64,000 bases of DNA from an uncultured Bdellovibrio sp. (GTDB lineage: Bacteria > Bdellovibrionota > Bdellovibrionia > Bdellovibrionales > Bdellovibrionaceae): the NCBI GenBank assembly GCA_963932905.1, contig CAWVRN010000007.1, positions 1 to 64,000 of the forward strand, written 5' to 3'. Below are positions 1 through 8,875 of the stretch, in pieces. Under the pieces are notes generated by a model that saw nothing but the letters and a program-made list of their open reading frames with translations, made no database searches and had not been told where the DNA came from. The number at the start of each line of letters is the position of its first letter. Within the stretch, counting starts at the first letter, position 1. A program made the translations under genes and the position numbers.

Positions 1-52
1 TAAATGAGCCTTAAACAAATACTATTCCAAATGCAAAGTAAGGGGCCAGTTC

Positions 53-697
53 TTACTTTTTTAACTCAAACAAAACGACATCCCCGATTTGATTTTCCAC
101 CGAAATATTAAATCCCGCATCGCCAATCCATTTCTTTAATTTAGATGTCGTGATCGTTTGTGTTTGATAACCTTCTTCAATCCATTGACGGATTTTCTTC
201 TGCCTCCATGGACTCTGAGGCAACAACAATGCAGATCCACGTACTTTACCGTCTGCCGATAAAATGCGATGAATTTCTTTTAATGCTAAGGGAACATCTG
301 GAAATGAATTCAAACCACCAAAACACGATACGACTTTGAATTGCCCGTTCGAAAAAGGCATCTTACCAACATCCCCCAAAACAAATTGGCATTTTTCTGA
401 TTTCAGATTTCTCCTGGCCTTGTTAAGCATATCCGGCGAGATGTCCAAACAAATCAACGATTCCACATTCACTGTCTTTGCAGGTGAAAGGGCAGCGGCG
501 GTCAAACTGCCGTCGCCAGTTGCGATATCTAGAATGATACTTTTCTCAGTCACTAGATTTTTGAAAAACTGTATGTGTTTAAAAATATTTCCGCGCCAAA
601 TAATGTAATAAGCCAGCAATGCCAATAACGGATAAAACCGAGCATACAGTGAATAACGTTCTTTTGTTTTTTGATTCAGTATTTCATTCGAACTCAA
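53..697 (-). CDS. Class I SAM-dependent methyltransferase (Methyltransf_11/UbiE-like)
   Basis: Motif I ILDIATGDG, acidic residue in CLDISPDML, GDVGKMPF and ALKEIHRIL. Start overlaps the upstream gene stop by 4 bp. Confidence 0.9.
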   Translation of the reverse strand: MSSNEILNQKTKERYSLYARFYPLLALLAYYIIWRGNIFKHIQFFKNLVTEKSIILDIATGDGSLTAAALSPAKTVNVESLICLDISPDMLNKARRNLKSEKCQFVLGDVGKMPFSNGQFKVVSCFGGLNSFPDVPLALKEIHRILSADGKVRGSALLLPQSPWRQKKIRQWIEEGYQTQTITTSKLKKWIGDAGFNISVENQIGDVVLFELKK

Positions 698-3297
698 AGT
701 ATTCCTCGATTCAGAGTAAATCCACGTTGTTTTGCCAGCTGACGAACTAATTGAACTCGCTCGACGCTTAAATCACCCAATGAAAACGAGCTTTCGAAAT
801 TTGACAGACCAAGAACGATTGTCTCTGCTAAACAAGCAAAACAGTCACCACTAAGTAGCGGTAACCACGAATGATCAATCTTCTGATTGTTGGGCAATCT
901 GGCTAAGCCAGCAGAAGCATACACATAATCTTTAGAACTACGAACGGCGCGCGATACATTTGACGGTACAGAAATATCCACTATCAAACAGCCTCTCTTC
1001 AAGTGTTCGGTTTGCAATAACTCTTGAGTTGAATTTGTACCAAGAACTATTATGTCACACTTCTTAAGATCACTAAAATCCGCTGTTGGGTGCAATTTAC
1101 ATTTATCAATTCGGCTGGACAATAGCAAATCATCCACTGCCGCTTGAAAGCGCGGGCTAGTATCAAATGCTTCTTTATAAACCAAAGTTAGATTCGAACC
1201 ATGAGCCGCTAATATTTGCGTAACCGCTCGTCCGATATTTCCACCAAAACCAACGATGCCAATATTTAAATTTTCTAACCGCAACTGCCGAGTCTTCACA
1301 AATGTTTCAATAGCCTCGATAGCGAAACCGGCGGTTAGACTGTTCCCCGTAGTGATGGCAAGGCCCTTTGAATCCAGCATCGTACCATTTTTAGTAACTA
1401 TACTTGTAAACTGCCCCAACCCTAAATAGTCGTTGCTATCGGTTTTAAGTTCATCCACAAATTCTTGAATCGTATCCACCATAATCGGCATCGGTCGCCT
1501 AATATCCGATTCAAAAAAATCAGACACCACTGTAAGGCCATACAAATTCAAGCGAACTTTCTGACCGTCAGCCGATTCGATGATTTGCTGGTGATAACGA
1601 AATGGTTTACTGAATTCGGCATACGAGGTAAAAAACTTTTTCAGTCGATCGATTTTCACATCACGCAGACTCGGATCTAACCGCTGGGCATGATCCCAAT
1701 TAATTATATGCCCAAGGAAGGCGACATCCTTGATTTCAGGCGGTTTGCTTAACAATGGTTTTTGCAGCAATGGAGGACGGTTGGGAATGATTTCGTCTTT
1801 TGAAAAAATATGTGAAAATAAATTTCCCAAACTGTACGTTTCCAAGGTTTCAAGTAGCTCTTCAAACGCTAGTTTTAATTGCTTAACAGCATCGGCAGAA
1901 ATATGTGCAGGTGGTTCGATGCGTAGGGTTTCTGGCGAACTTAATGTAACACCCACTCGAATTTGATGCCGGTTTAACAAATAACTCGTTAATAAATAAG
2001 ACGCATGCCCATTTATTGCCAGAGAATATAATAACGTGGGAACATGATCATTTTCCAAAAAGTTGAACTCAACACCTAGAAAAAATCCTTTACCACGGAT
2101 ATCTTTAATCCATTTTGGATATTTCTTAGATAAATTCTGAAAAAACATTTTTATATCGGCTTCGAATTCGTCCGCGCGTTTTTCTAAATCCAGTTTGTTA
2201 GACTCAAGGTATTGCAAAGTAACAATGGCCAGTCGAGACGAATAATCATCTTCGGCAAAGGTGGACGAATGAATTACACCCAGTTCGCGGACATAGGATT
2301 GGCTACGGCAAACCATCGCTGATATTTTTGCTAAACCACCACCTAAACTTTTTCCTAGAAGAATCATATCCGGCTGTAGCCCGAGGTCTGCGGATACCAA
2401 TAACCGCCCCGTACGATACAATCCTGATTGAATTTCATCGGCAATTGTAGGGATCTGTACCTGAGCCGCAAATCGAAATGCCTTTGATAGTTTTTCTAAA
2501 GGAATAGGACGAATTCCACCCTCGCCTTGTATCGGTTCAAAAATAAATCCAATGAACGGCGAAAATAAGAATTCCTTATCTTTAAATTCAATCGTCTTAC
2601 TGTTTTTTCTCAGCGAGGCTAGCGTGTAATCCCAGTCTGCTTCCGGATCTAAAAAAACGGTTTTAAATAACAACGACGAATACATTTTTTTATAGTAATC
2701 GCTACTTGAAGACAAAACGGCCGACGCTGTCTTTCCATGATAACTACGAGTTAAAGAAACAAGCACTGGAACTGTCGCATCAATTTCATTTATTAAAGCT
2801 TGATAGACCTGCTGTTGTTCTTCATCAGTGTAGCTAGATTGCACGAGTGACAAAAGATTCCTCTTCAGGCTATCTTTTTTATGCTGCCAAATCAGCATCG
2901 CATTTTTCAATGCTATTTCGGTTGCTTCGGTTCCCGTGCTAGCAAACGTCGAAATAAACGTATCGGACGTTCCCAGTTCCGTCGAAACCTGTGTGTGAAT
3001 CAATTGTGCTAATTGCGCGGATTCTGATCGCAGCGAAGCCTGCGCTTGAATCACCCTTTTACTCTTAAAGAACTGGTCAACTTCATCTAACAAAAACTTT
3101 GGGTTGTGGCCCAAGATAGCGGAACCATAGCCACCTAGAAAATCGAAAACAGTTTTTGACTTCCCAGACGACAAATAGGTCATCTGATCGCCCTCAGCGG
3201 CCTGAAAACTTTTGTCCAATCGCAAAATACGGATCAGCTGACCTAATTGAGGTTTTACATAGTTTTGGTAGTATTCGGTCAGATTTTCAGACATCAC
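694..3297 (-). CDS. Class III PLP aminotransferase fused to a C-terminal acyl-ACP/thioester reductase (TamH-like fatty-amine synthase)
   Basis: N-terminal half has DFLGGYG..LGHN, FEPIQGEGG, ADEIQSGLYRTG and LGKSLGGG (PLP Lys). C-terminal half has LGQFTSIV, TTGNSLT, Rossmann GIVGFGGNIG, VDISVP and FACLAE (catalytic-Cys motif of acyl-ACP reductases). Confidence 0.85.
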   Translation of the reverse strand: MMSENLTEYYQNYVKPQLGQLIRILRLDKSFQAAEGDQMTYLSSGKSKTVFDFLGGYGSAILGHNPKFLLDEVDQFFKSKRVIQAQASLRSESAQLAQLIHTQVSTELGTSDTFISTFASTGTEATEIALKNAMLIWQHKKDSLKRNLLSLVQSSYTDEEQQQVYQALINEIDATVPVLVSLTRSYHGKTASAVLSSSSDYYKKMYSSLLFKTVFLDPEADWDYTLASLRKNSKTIEFKDKEFLFSPFIGFIFEPIQGEGGIRPIPLEKLSKAFRFAAQVQIPTIADEIQSGLYRTGRLLVSADLGLQPDMILLGKSLGGGLAKISAMVCRSQSYVRELGVIHSSTFAEDDYSSRLAIVTLQYLESNKLDLEKRADEFEADIKMFFQNLSKKYPKWIKDIRGKGFFLGVEFNFLENDHVPTLLYSLAINGHASYLLTSYLLNRHQIRVGVTLSSPETLRIEPPAHISADAVKQLKLAFEELLETLETYSLGNLFSHIFSKDEIIPNRPPLLQKPLLSKPPEIKDVAFLGHIINWDHAQRLDPSLRDVKIDRLKKFFTSYAEFSKPFRYHQQIIESADGQKVRLNLYGLTVVSDFFESDIRRPMPIMVDTIQEFVDELKTDSNDYLGLGQFTSIVTKNGTMLDSKGLAITTGNSLTAGFAIEAIETFVKTRQLRLENLNIGIVGFGGNIGRAVTQILAAHGSNLTLVYKEAFDTSPRFQAAVDDLLLSSRIDKCKLHPTADFSDLKKCDIIVLGTNSTQELLQTEHLKRGCLIVDISVPSNVSRAVRSSKDYVYASAGLARLPNNQKIDHSWLPLLSGDCFACLAETIVLGLSNFESSFSLGDLSVERVQLVRQLAKQRGFTLNRGIL

Positions 3298-5722
3298 TTA
3301 AAATTAAGACACGTCCAGAGCTTCCATCAAGCTCTATCTGCATTCCCGTTTTTAATTTTTCAGTTGCATCGGGTATATTGAGCACCGCAGGAATGGAATA
3401 TTCACGTGCAATTAGGGCTGCATGTGATAGCAGTCCACCCGTTTCGGTGATTACACCGGCTGTTAAACCAAATAAAGGCGTCCAACCTGGATCTGTGTAT
3501 GGCACCACCATGATTTCACCCTTCAGTAAGGATGAAGAATCCTGAATCGATTTTAAAACTCGAACTTTGCCTTGAACTTTACCCGGGGAACAAGCTAAAC
3601 CCGATAAAGATTTATCATTTGAAATGTCCAGCAGACTTACCGACTTTCCAGCTAGCCCGACTTCGTTAGGGTTTTTAAACCGTTCAAATCCTCGAGCATA
3701 TCGTTTAGTTTCTTCGGCTTTGGCGCGAAGACGTCCCCGTTTTTCAGGCTTTTCAATAAATTCAAATATATCTTCTATCGATAGATAAAAGAAAACATCG
3801 TCGACCTGATATCTATGATTTAAAAATAACAACCATTGCCGAATGAAAAAATACATTCGCGTCGATCGATCGCGCACTTCTTCGCGTAACCACAAAAATT
3901 TCTTCAGACGCGCCAACCGATTTTCAAAAGTCGATTTTGACATTATTCTGGCAAGGGCATTACCGTCAAAATAGTTTTCTATTTTATCGAGGCTCGAGTT
4001 TTTATTTGGCTTTTTAGCTATGTCCACAGGATTTGCCAAAGTCGATTTTAATGTTCCATAAAAAAACGATTTGTCTTCTGCCCATCTGGGAACACGTAAA
4101 TCTAATTCTTTTGTACTATGATGATAATACTTTTCAAAAAACAGATTAATAGATTTCGCCAGTTCCGGCCGCAGTGCTGTGATTTGCGCATGCTTTACAT
4201 CCATTCCCAAATGGACGTTATCCAAAATTTTTAGAACCTGAGCCATAACCTGTGGATCTTTTTGAATTGCGGCGGCAATGTCTTGCAGAGAGTTCAGCGG
4301 GCTTAGCACCGATAGATTATCCATACTTTTAATAAGTTCAGTATAGTGGATGCCTTCGACTTTCTTTTGTATTGCCGTTAAGGTTTCGATGAAAAACATT
4401 TTTGCGTTAGAAGCATTGTAGATCGTAGTAAAGTAATCGCATTCTAATTTAAAATGTTCCTCGTAAAGTTCTTTCGATTTATGTAATAAATCAGTTTCAG
4501 ACAAAGTCGACCAAGTCACCGATTGCCATTTTTTTTCGATAGAAGAAAAGGTATGAATCCAGTTTTCCGCAATGGCTTCTTGTTTTTTGAATCCTGAGGA
4601 AATTTTCAATAATACCGGGATGGCCTTGATAATTTTTCCTAGTCCCCAACCCGATTCACGTCCGCGCCCCTCATAGACTTTCGGTATCGATAGATCCTGA
4701 TCAAATGTATCTTCTCGGAATCCCGGAAGTTGCAACTGAATCTCTTTTACAAGCTCAACATTCCAATAGGGTTTTGCATATAGAACTCGATACCACTTCA
4801 ATTTTTCTTTAGGAAAAGAATTTAACAAGCCAAGATAGCGAAAGTAGACTTCCATGGAAGAACTGAAAACGTTTCCATATAGTGACCACATCACAGGTGA
4901 TACCACTGCCGAAGAAACGCCGCCATCACGAAAATCTGCTGTCGTCCAAACAGAATCAAATCCTGTGTAGTTAAAGAATGTAATCGGACGCGATTGCAGA
5001 AAGTAAATAGTTCCTTTCTTGACCGTGAATTCAATATCCTGTGGTGATTGAAAATAGGCTTGCACCATTTTCATTTTTTGAATCAGATCACCTAAAAAAA
5101 TATCACGCGCAATAAAGTCACCGAAAACTTTCTGTTCTTTTCGTTCATTCAGAATCTGAAAACTGTCATCCGTAACTTCAATTTCAAAAAAATCAGGATT
5201 CACTTGCCCTGATACCAGTTTTTCACCGCTGCCATGAACAAGTTCAACTATCATTTGATTGTGATGGCCATTTTGAGGATTCATTGTAAATGCGACGCCA
5301 GAAAAATCACCGACAACGTATTCTTGAATGATCACGGACATATCTAGACTCAATGGATCTATATTTTTCGTTTGGCAATAGGCTGTGACCCGTTCAGTAT
5401 CAACTGCGTCCCAACATTTCAACACAGACTCGACGATATCTTTTTTCCCAGATACATCTAGGTAGGTAGAAAATAACCCGGCAAAAGATGCTGAAGCTGA
5501 GTCTTCTTTATTTCCTGAAGATCGAACCGCATATGTTTTCCCAGGATCAATCGCAATTTCTTTATCAATCCATTCAGATATAAGGTCACCACGATTAGGT
5601 TTGTTTTTGTGCTTACGAAAAAGCTCAGCACCCACTACCGAAAACGCAGGCACAATGAAACCACCGGAAGAGAGTTTAATTAATGATTCAGCTTTATTCC
5701 CAACTTCTGCTTTGCCTGACAT
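3287..5722 (-). CDS. PEP-utilising/PPDK-like phosphotransferase-condensing enzyme (PigC/RedH/TamQ/rifampin phosphotransferase architecture)
   Basis: ATP-grasp motifs GNKA, AVRSSG.KED..SASFAG, QDIEF and LQSRPIT; central helical domain; C-terminal phospho-His domain GGLLSHAALIAREY. Start placed at MSGKAE (5722), after an AAGGA-like SD. Confidence 0.85.
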   Translation of the reverse strand: MSGKAEVGNKAESLIKLSSGGFIVPAFSVVGAELFRKHKNKPNRGDLISEWIDKEIAIDPGKTYAVRSSGNKEDSASASFAGLFSTYLDVSGKKDIVESVLKCWDAVDTERVTAYCQTKNIDPLSLDMSVIIQEYVVGDFSGVAFTMNPQNGHHNQMIVELVHGSGEKLVSGQVNPDFFEIEVTDDSFQILNERKEQKVFGDFIARDIFLGDLIQKMKMVQAYFQSPQDIEFTVKKGTIYFLQSRPITFFNYTGFDSVWTTADFRDGGVSSAVVSPVMWSLYGNVFSSSMEVYFRYLGLLNSFPKEKLKWYRVLYAKPYWNVELVKEIQLQLPGFREDTFDQDLSIPKVYEGRGRESGWGLGKIIKAIPVLLKISSGFKKQEAIAENWIHTFSSIEKKWQSVTWSTLSETDLLHKSKELYEEHFKLECDYFTTIYNASNAKMFFIETLTAIQKKVEGIHYTELIKSMDNLSVLSPLNSLQDIAAAIQKDPQVMAQVLKILDNVHLGMDVKHAQITALRPELAKSINLFFEKYYHHSTKELDLRVPRWAEDKSFFYGTLKSTLANPVDIAKKPNKNSSLDKIENYFDGNALARIMSKSTFENRLARLKKFLWLREEVRDRSTRMYFFIRQWLLFLNHRYQVDDVFFYLSIEDIFEFIEKPEKRGRLRAKAEETKRYARGFERFKNPNEVGLAGKSVSLLDISNDKSLSGLACSPGKVQGKVRVLKSIQDSSSLLKGEIMVVPYTDPGWTPLFGLTAGVITETGGLLSHAALIAREYSIPAVLNIPDATEKLKTGMQIELDGSSGRVLILSDV

Positions 5723-5866
5723 ACCATCAATCCTTTCATGGTTGCTTTCGACTGTCATCAGTTTAGACAATCCAATCATTTTTACCAATAGTTCACAAAA
5801 ATGACCTAAATGGTCACCTCTTGGTGTATGAAGGCATCGGGTTTTTCTATATTAGGTGGGGTCTCT

Positions 5867-7084
5867 ATGTTTTCTAAGTTCTTTATATTTTTATCGGCAT
5901 CATTGTTTTTAAGCAGCATGTCTTATGCTTCGTATTTTCGAGCGATTGTTTCCTCGGAACAGACAATTGATTTAGAAAAACGAACACACGTTATTGTAGC
6001 TAGCCGCGGTAATGATCTGGGATTGCTTCCTCACCTATCCGCTGTCTCTAAAGCGAATAAAATTGCCGAACGTTTCCCAGACGATCAAGTGATCGTTTAT
6101 TTACCTCAAGATGGCTTCCTTGGAAAAGTTGAAATGAAGAAAATGGGACTTTCTAAGTTTGAACTGAATTCAGAATTGCTTAACCCAAAAACATTTGTCG
6201 CTGAACTTACTAAATTCACGAAAATTGCATCGTTTAGTTCTTTTGGTCATGGCGCCATCATAGAAGGTATCTTTTTAGACGCGGTTGGCGACAAAGACGT
6301 TCGTTGGTATCCATATGATAAAGAAACAAAAAAATTAGTTAGCCATTTCACGGATGATGCTTACGCTGTATTGAATGGATGCAATAATGGTCATCACCTA
6401 GCTGCCTATCTTTCAAAAATGTGGGGCATCCCCGTGGCCGGCGCGTTAACGGGAACTCACTTTGAAACCTTACACAAAGACGGAAGTTTTTATTTCGTAG
6501 ATCCCGCCAGCTCAAAAAATCTAAGTAGCACAAGTAAAGATATGCTTGCCTCAGAAAAGAATTGTTTCGGTGCATGTTATCGTATGAAACCGGATAATCA
6601 CGCCTACAATGGCCACTACGGTAAATATCAAAAAGGTTTAAATTTTTACAAATTCTTTTGCCCAAATATTTCCGAGGACAAATGTCTTGCCGCTATGGCG
6701 ACTTCATTGACTGTTCAAGTTTCAAACAAAAACTTAGCTAAATCATTAGATCGTGAAGAGTATGCTGCTTTAGCTAGAGAATGGCTTTGCCCATCGGGCA
6801 ACTATGGTTCAAAAATTCAATCGCAGTGTATGGCACAATTAGAAACTGTTTCAGCACAATTAGCTCTACAGGAACCATTGGAAAATTTGAAATTCTATAC
6901 GCCTTTCCGTGGGGCCAGTTTGAAATGCAGTTTTGCCACCTGCTATCAACCAGTGGCATGTCACAAAACGTATTGGACTATTGATCAATGCGCAAAAACA
7001 ATCAGCGCACCGCAAGCATCCGACACCTTTGTTCAAGAATATATCAGTTATTTAAAAGGTTACGATTTAATCAGAAGAATGTAG
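5867..7084 (+). CDS. Secreted Cys-rich protein, possible caspase-fold (His-Gly/Gly-Cys dyad) cysteine peptidase
   Basis: Signal peptide from ATG 5867 (MFSKFFIFLSASLFLSSMSYA) after AGGTGGGG; FGHG ... LNGCNNG ... WGIPVAGA pattern. Confidence 0.55.
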   Translation: MFSKFFIFLSASLFLSSMSYASYFRAIVSSEQTIDLEKRTHVIVASRGNDLGLLPHLSAVSKANKIAERFPDDQVIVYLPQDGFLGKVEMKKMGLSKFELNSELLNPKTFVAELTKFTKIASFSSFGHGAIIEGIFLDAVGDKDVRWYPYDKETKKLVSHFTDDAYAVLNGCNNGHHLAAYLSKMWGIPVAGALTGTHFETLHKDGSFYFVDPASSKNLSSTSKDMLASEKNCFGACYRMKPDNHAYNGHYGKYQKGLNFYKFFCPNISEDKCLAAMATSLTVQVSNKNLAKSLDREEYAALAREWLCPSGNYGSKIQSQCMAQLETVSAQLALQEPLENLKFYTPFRGASLKCSFATCYQPVACHKTYWTIDQCAKTISAPQASDTFVQEYISYLKGYDLIRRM

Positions 7085-7090
7085 CCAAGA

Positions 7091-8875
7091 CTACATTCTT
7101 TGTGGAACAGGAATACCTAACAGAGCTAAACCTTGCTCAAGAACTAGGCCCGTTGCGCGAGCTAAATTCACTCGGGCTTCTTTCAATTGTTCTGTCGGAG
7201 CCTGCGCAATTGGGCATTCATGATAGAAATAGTTAAATCGCTTCGCTAAATCATATAAGTATCCACACAATGTACTAGGCTTATAATTCTCGGCAGATAA
7301 ATACACATAGTGATGGAAGTACGACAAGAACTGAACTAAATCACGTTCAGGTTTTTCTACCATCGTATCCCAAGGTATTTGATGTCCCGGTTTTTCTGTT
7401 AATCCCACTTTTTGAATTAAACTATTGATACGTGCGTAGGAATATTGAATGAATGGACCACTTTCTCCATCTAATTTTAACCATTCAGACATTTCGAATA
7501 CTATTTTTTTACCCGGATCTTGCTTTAGCATTCCATACTTAATCGCACCTTGGGCAATTTTAGTTGCCGTCTCTTTGATTTCAGAATCTGGCCATTCACC
7601 TTTGTAGCGAGTTAAATAATCTGTCGTGATCTTGGCTTCCATTTGCTTAACTAGCTCTGACAACGGAACAATGTTTCCTTTGCGTGAGCTCATCGCACCG
7701 TCTGGCAATTCGACAAAGTTATATTGCAAATGATAGCAATTTTTAGCTTGCTCAAAACCGATAGTTTCAAGAACACGGAACACTTGTTGAAAATGCAACG
7801 CCTGCCTTAAATCGACGACATAAATAGATTTCTCGATTTTATAGTCGGTGAATTTACGTCGCGCCAATTCCAGATCTTTGCTGGCATATAAACCGGTACC
7901 GTCTGATTTTAAAAGCATGCAGAAACCCAGATTTTCGGCGGTTAGGTCCATACCGATCGCGCCTTGGGATTGAATCAGCTTGCCTTGTTTATATAAATCT
8001 TGAACTAGCGCTACAGAAGCACTGTCTACATCCGATTCCCAATACCACATATCAAATGTAACACCCGCCCATGCGTAGACACTTTTCATCAGTGCAATCG
8101 ACCATTCGCGAGTTTCTTTCCATAAATCGTAGAACTCACCTTTTTTATGTTCGAGTTGCTTCAAGATTTCAGTTAACTGACCGCGATTGATGTCTTCCTG
8201 AGGTGTACCTTTTTCTGCTTCTAATTTATTATTGGCAGTAGAATACATACGGCCAAGCCATTCGCCTTTACCCGTCGCTGGAATCGCTTCTTTGTTGTGA
8301 TACTTCATATACCATAAACATTTAGCAACGTGAGTTCCCACGTCACCCGGAAAAGTGGAAGACAGAATATCTTGGCCAGAGAATTTTAGTAGCTTGATCA
8401 AAGAATCACCCAAGCACAAGTTTCTCATATGCCCAACGTGAAGTTCTTTATGAGTGTTTGGCTGCGAGTATTCAATCATCGTTTTTGGCGACGATTGATA
8501 CATTCTCCGTTTGAAATACGATCTATCCAAAATTGGATTTAACACCCATTGCGCAAATGCCTTATTCGAAAATTTGAAATTTAAATAAGGACCTGCCGCC
8601 TGAACTGAAAACAAATCGCTAGCTGGAAATTCTTTTACCAAAGCACCCGCGATCATAGGCGGACCTTTTTTTAAAGCCTTGGCGAAAGTGAATAAACCAA
8701 AAGCAAAATCACCCATTTCTTTTTGAGGTGGCTCCGCCAAAGTGTCATAAATAGTTTTTTCACTGACGTCCAAACCCGTCGCCATAATATCGGCGTTCTT
8801 AGTCAAGACTTGGTGAATCCACGATGACAATTGTTTTTTCAGTTCATCAAATAAAGCTTTTTCTGCGGTCTTCAA
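7091..8875 (-). CDS. argS: Arginine--tRNA ligase
   Basis: IEYSQPNTHKELHVGH (HIGH), GAMSSRKG (KMSKS-like), GPFIQYSYARI, FNYFYHECPI and LLGIPVPQRM end. Confidence 0.97.
   Translation of the reverse strand: MKTAEKALFDELKKQLSSWIHQVLTKNADIMATGLDVSEKTIYDTLAEPPQKEMGDFAFGLFTFAKALKKGPPMIAGALVKEFPASDLFSVQAAGPYLNFKFSNKAFAQWVLNPILDRSYFKRRMYQSSPKTMIEYSQPNTHKELHVGHMRNLCLGDSLIKLLKFSGQDILSSTFPGDVGTHVAKCLWYMKYHNKEAIPATGKGEWLGRMYSTANNKLEAEKGTPQEDINRGQLTEILKQLEHKKGEFYDLWKETREWSIALMKSVYAWAGVTFDMWYWESDVDSASVALVQDLYKQGKLIQSQGAIGMDLTAENLGFCMLLKSDGTGLYASKDLELARRKFTDYKIEKSIYVVDLRQALHFQQVFRVLETIGFEQAKNCYHLQYNFVELPDGAMSSRKGNIVPLSELVKQMEAKITTDYLTRYKGEWPDSEIKETATKIAQGAIKYGMLKQDPGKKIVFEMSEWLKLDGESGPFIQYSYARINSLIQKVGLTEKPGHQIPWDTMVEKPERDLVQFLSYFHHYVYLSAENYKPSTLCGYLYDLAKRFNYFYHECPIAQAPTEQLKEARVNLARATGLVLEQGLALLGIPVPQRM

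Noticed and set aside
3287..5722. Annotation as PEP synthase or a second ppdK
   Set aside because: It lacks the C-terminal PEP/pyruvate TIM barrel and has the His domain last. The true ppdK is at 59550-62255.
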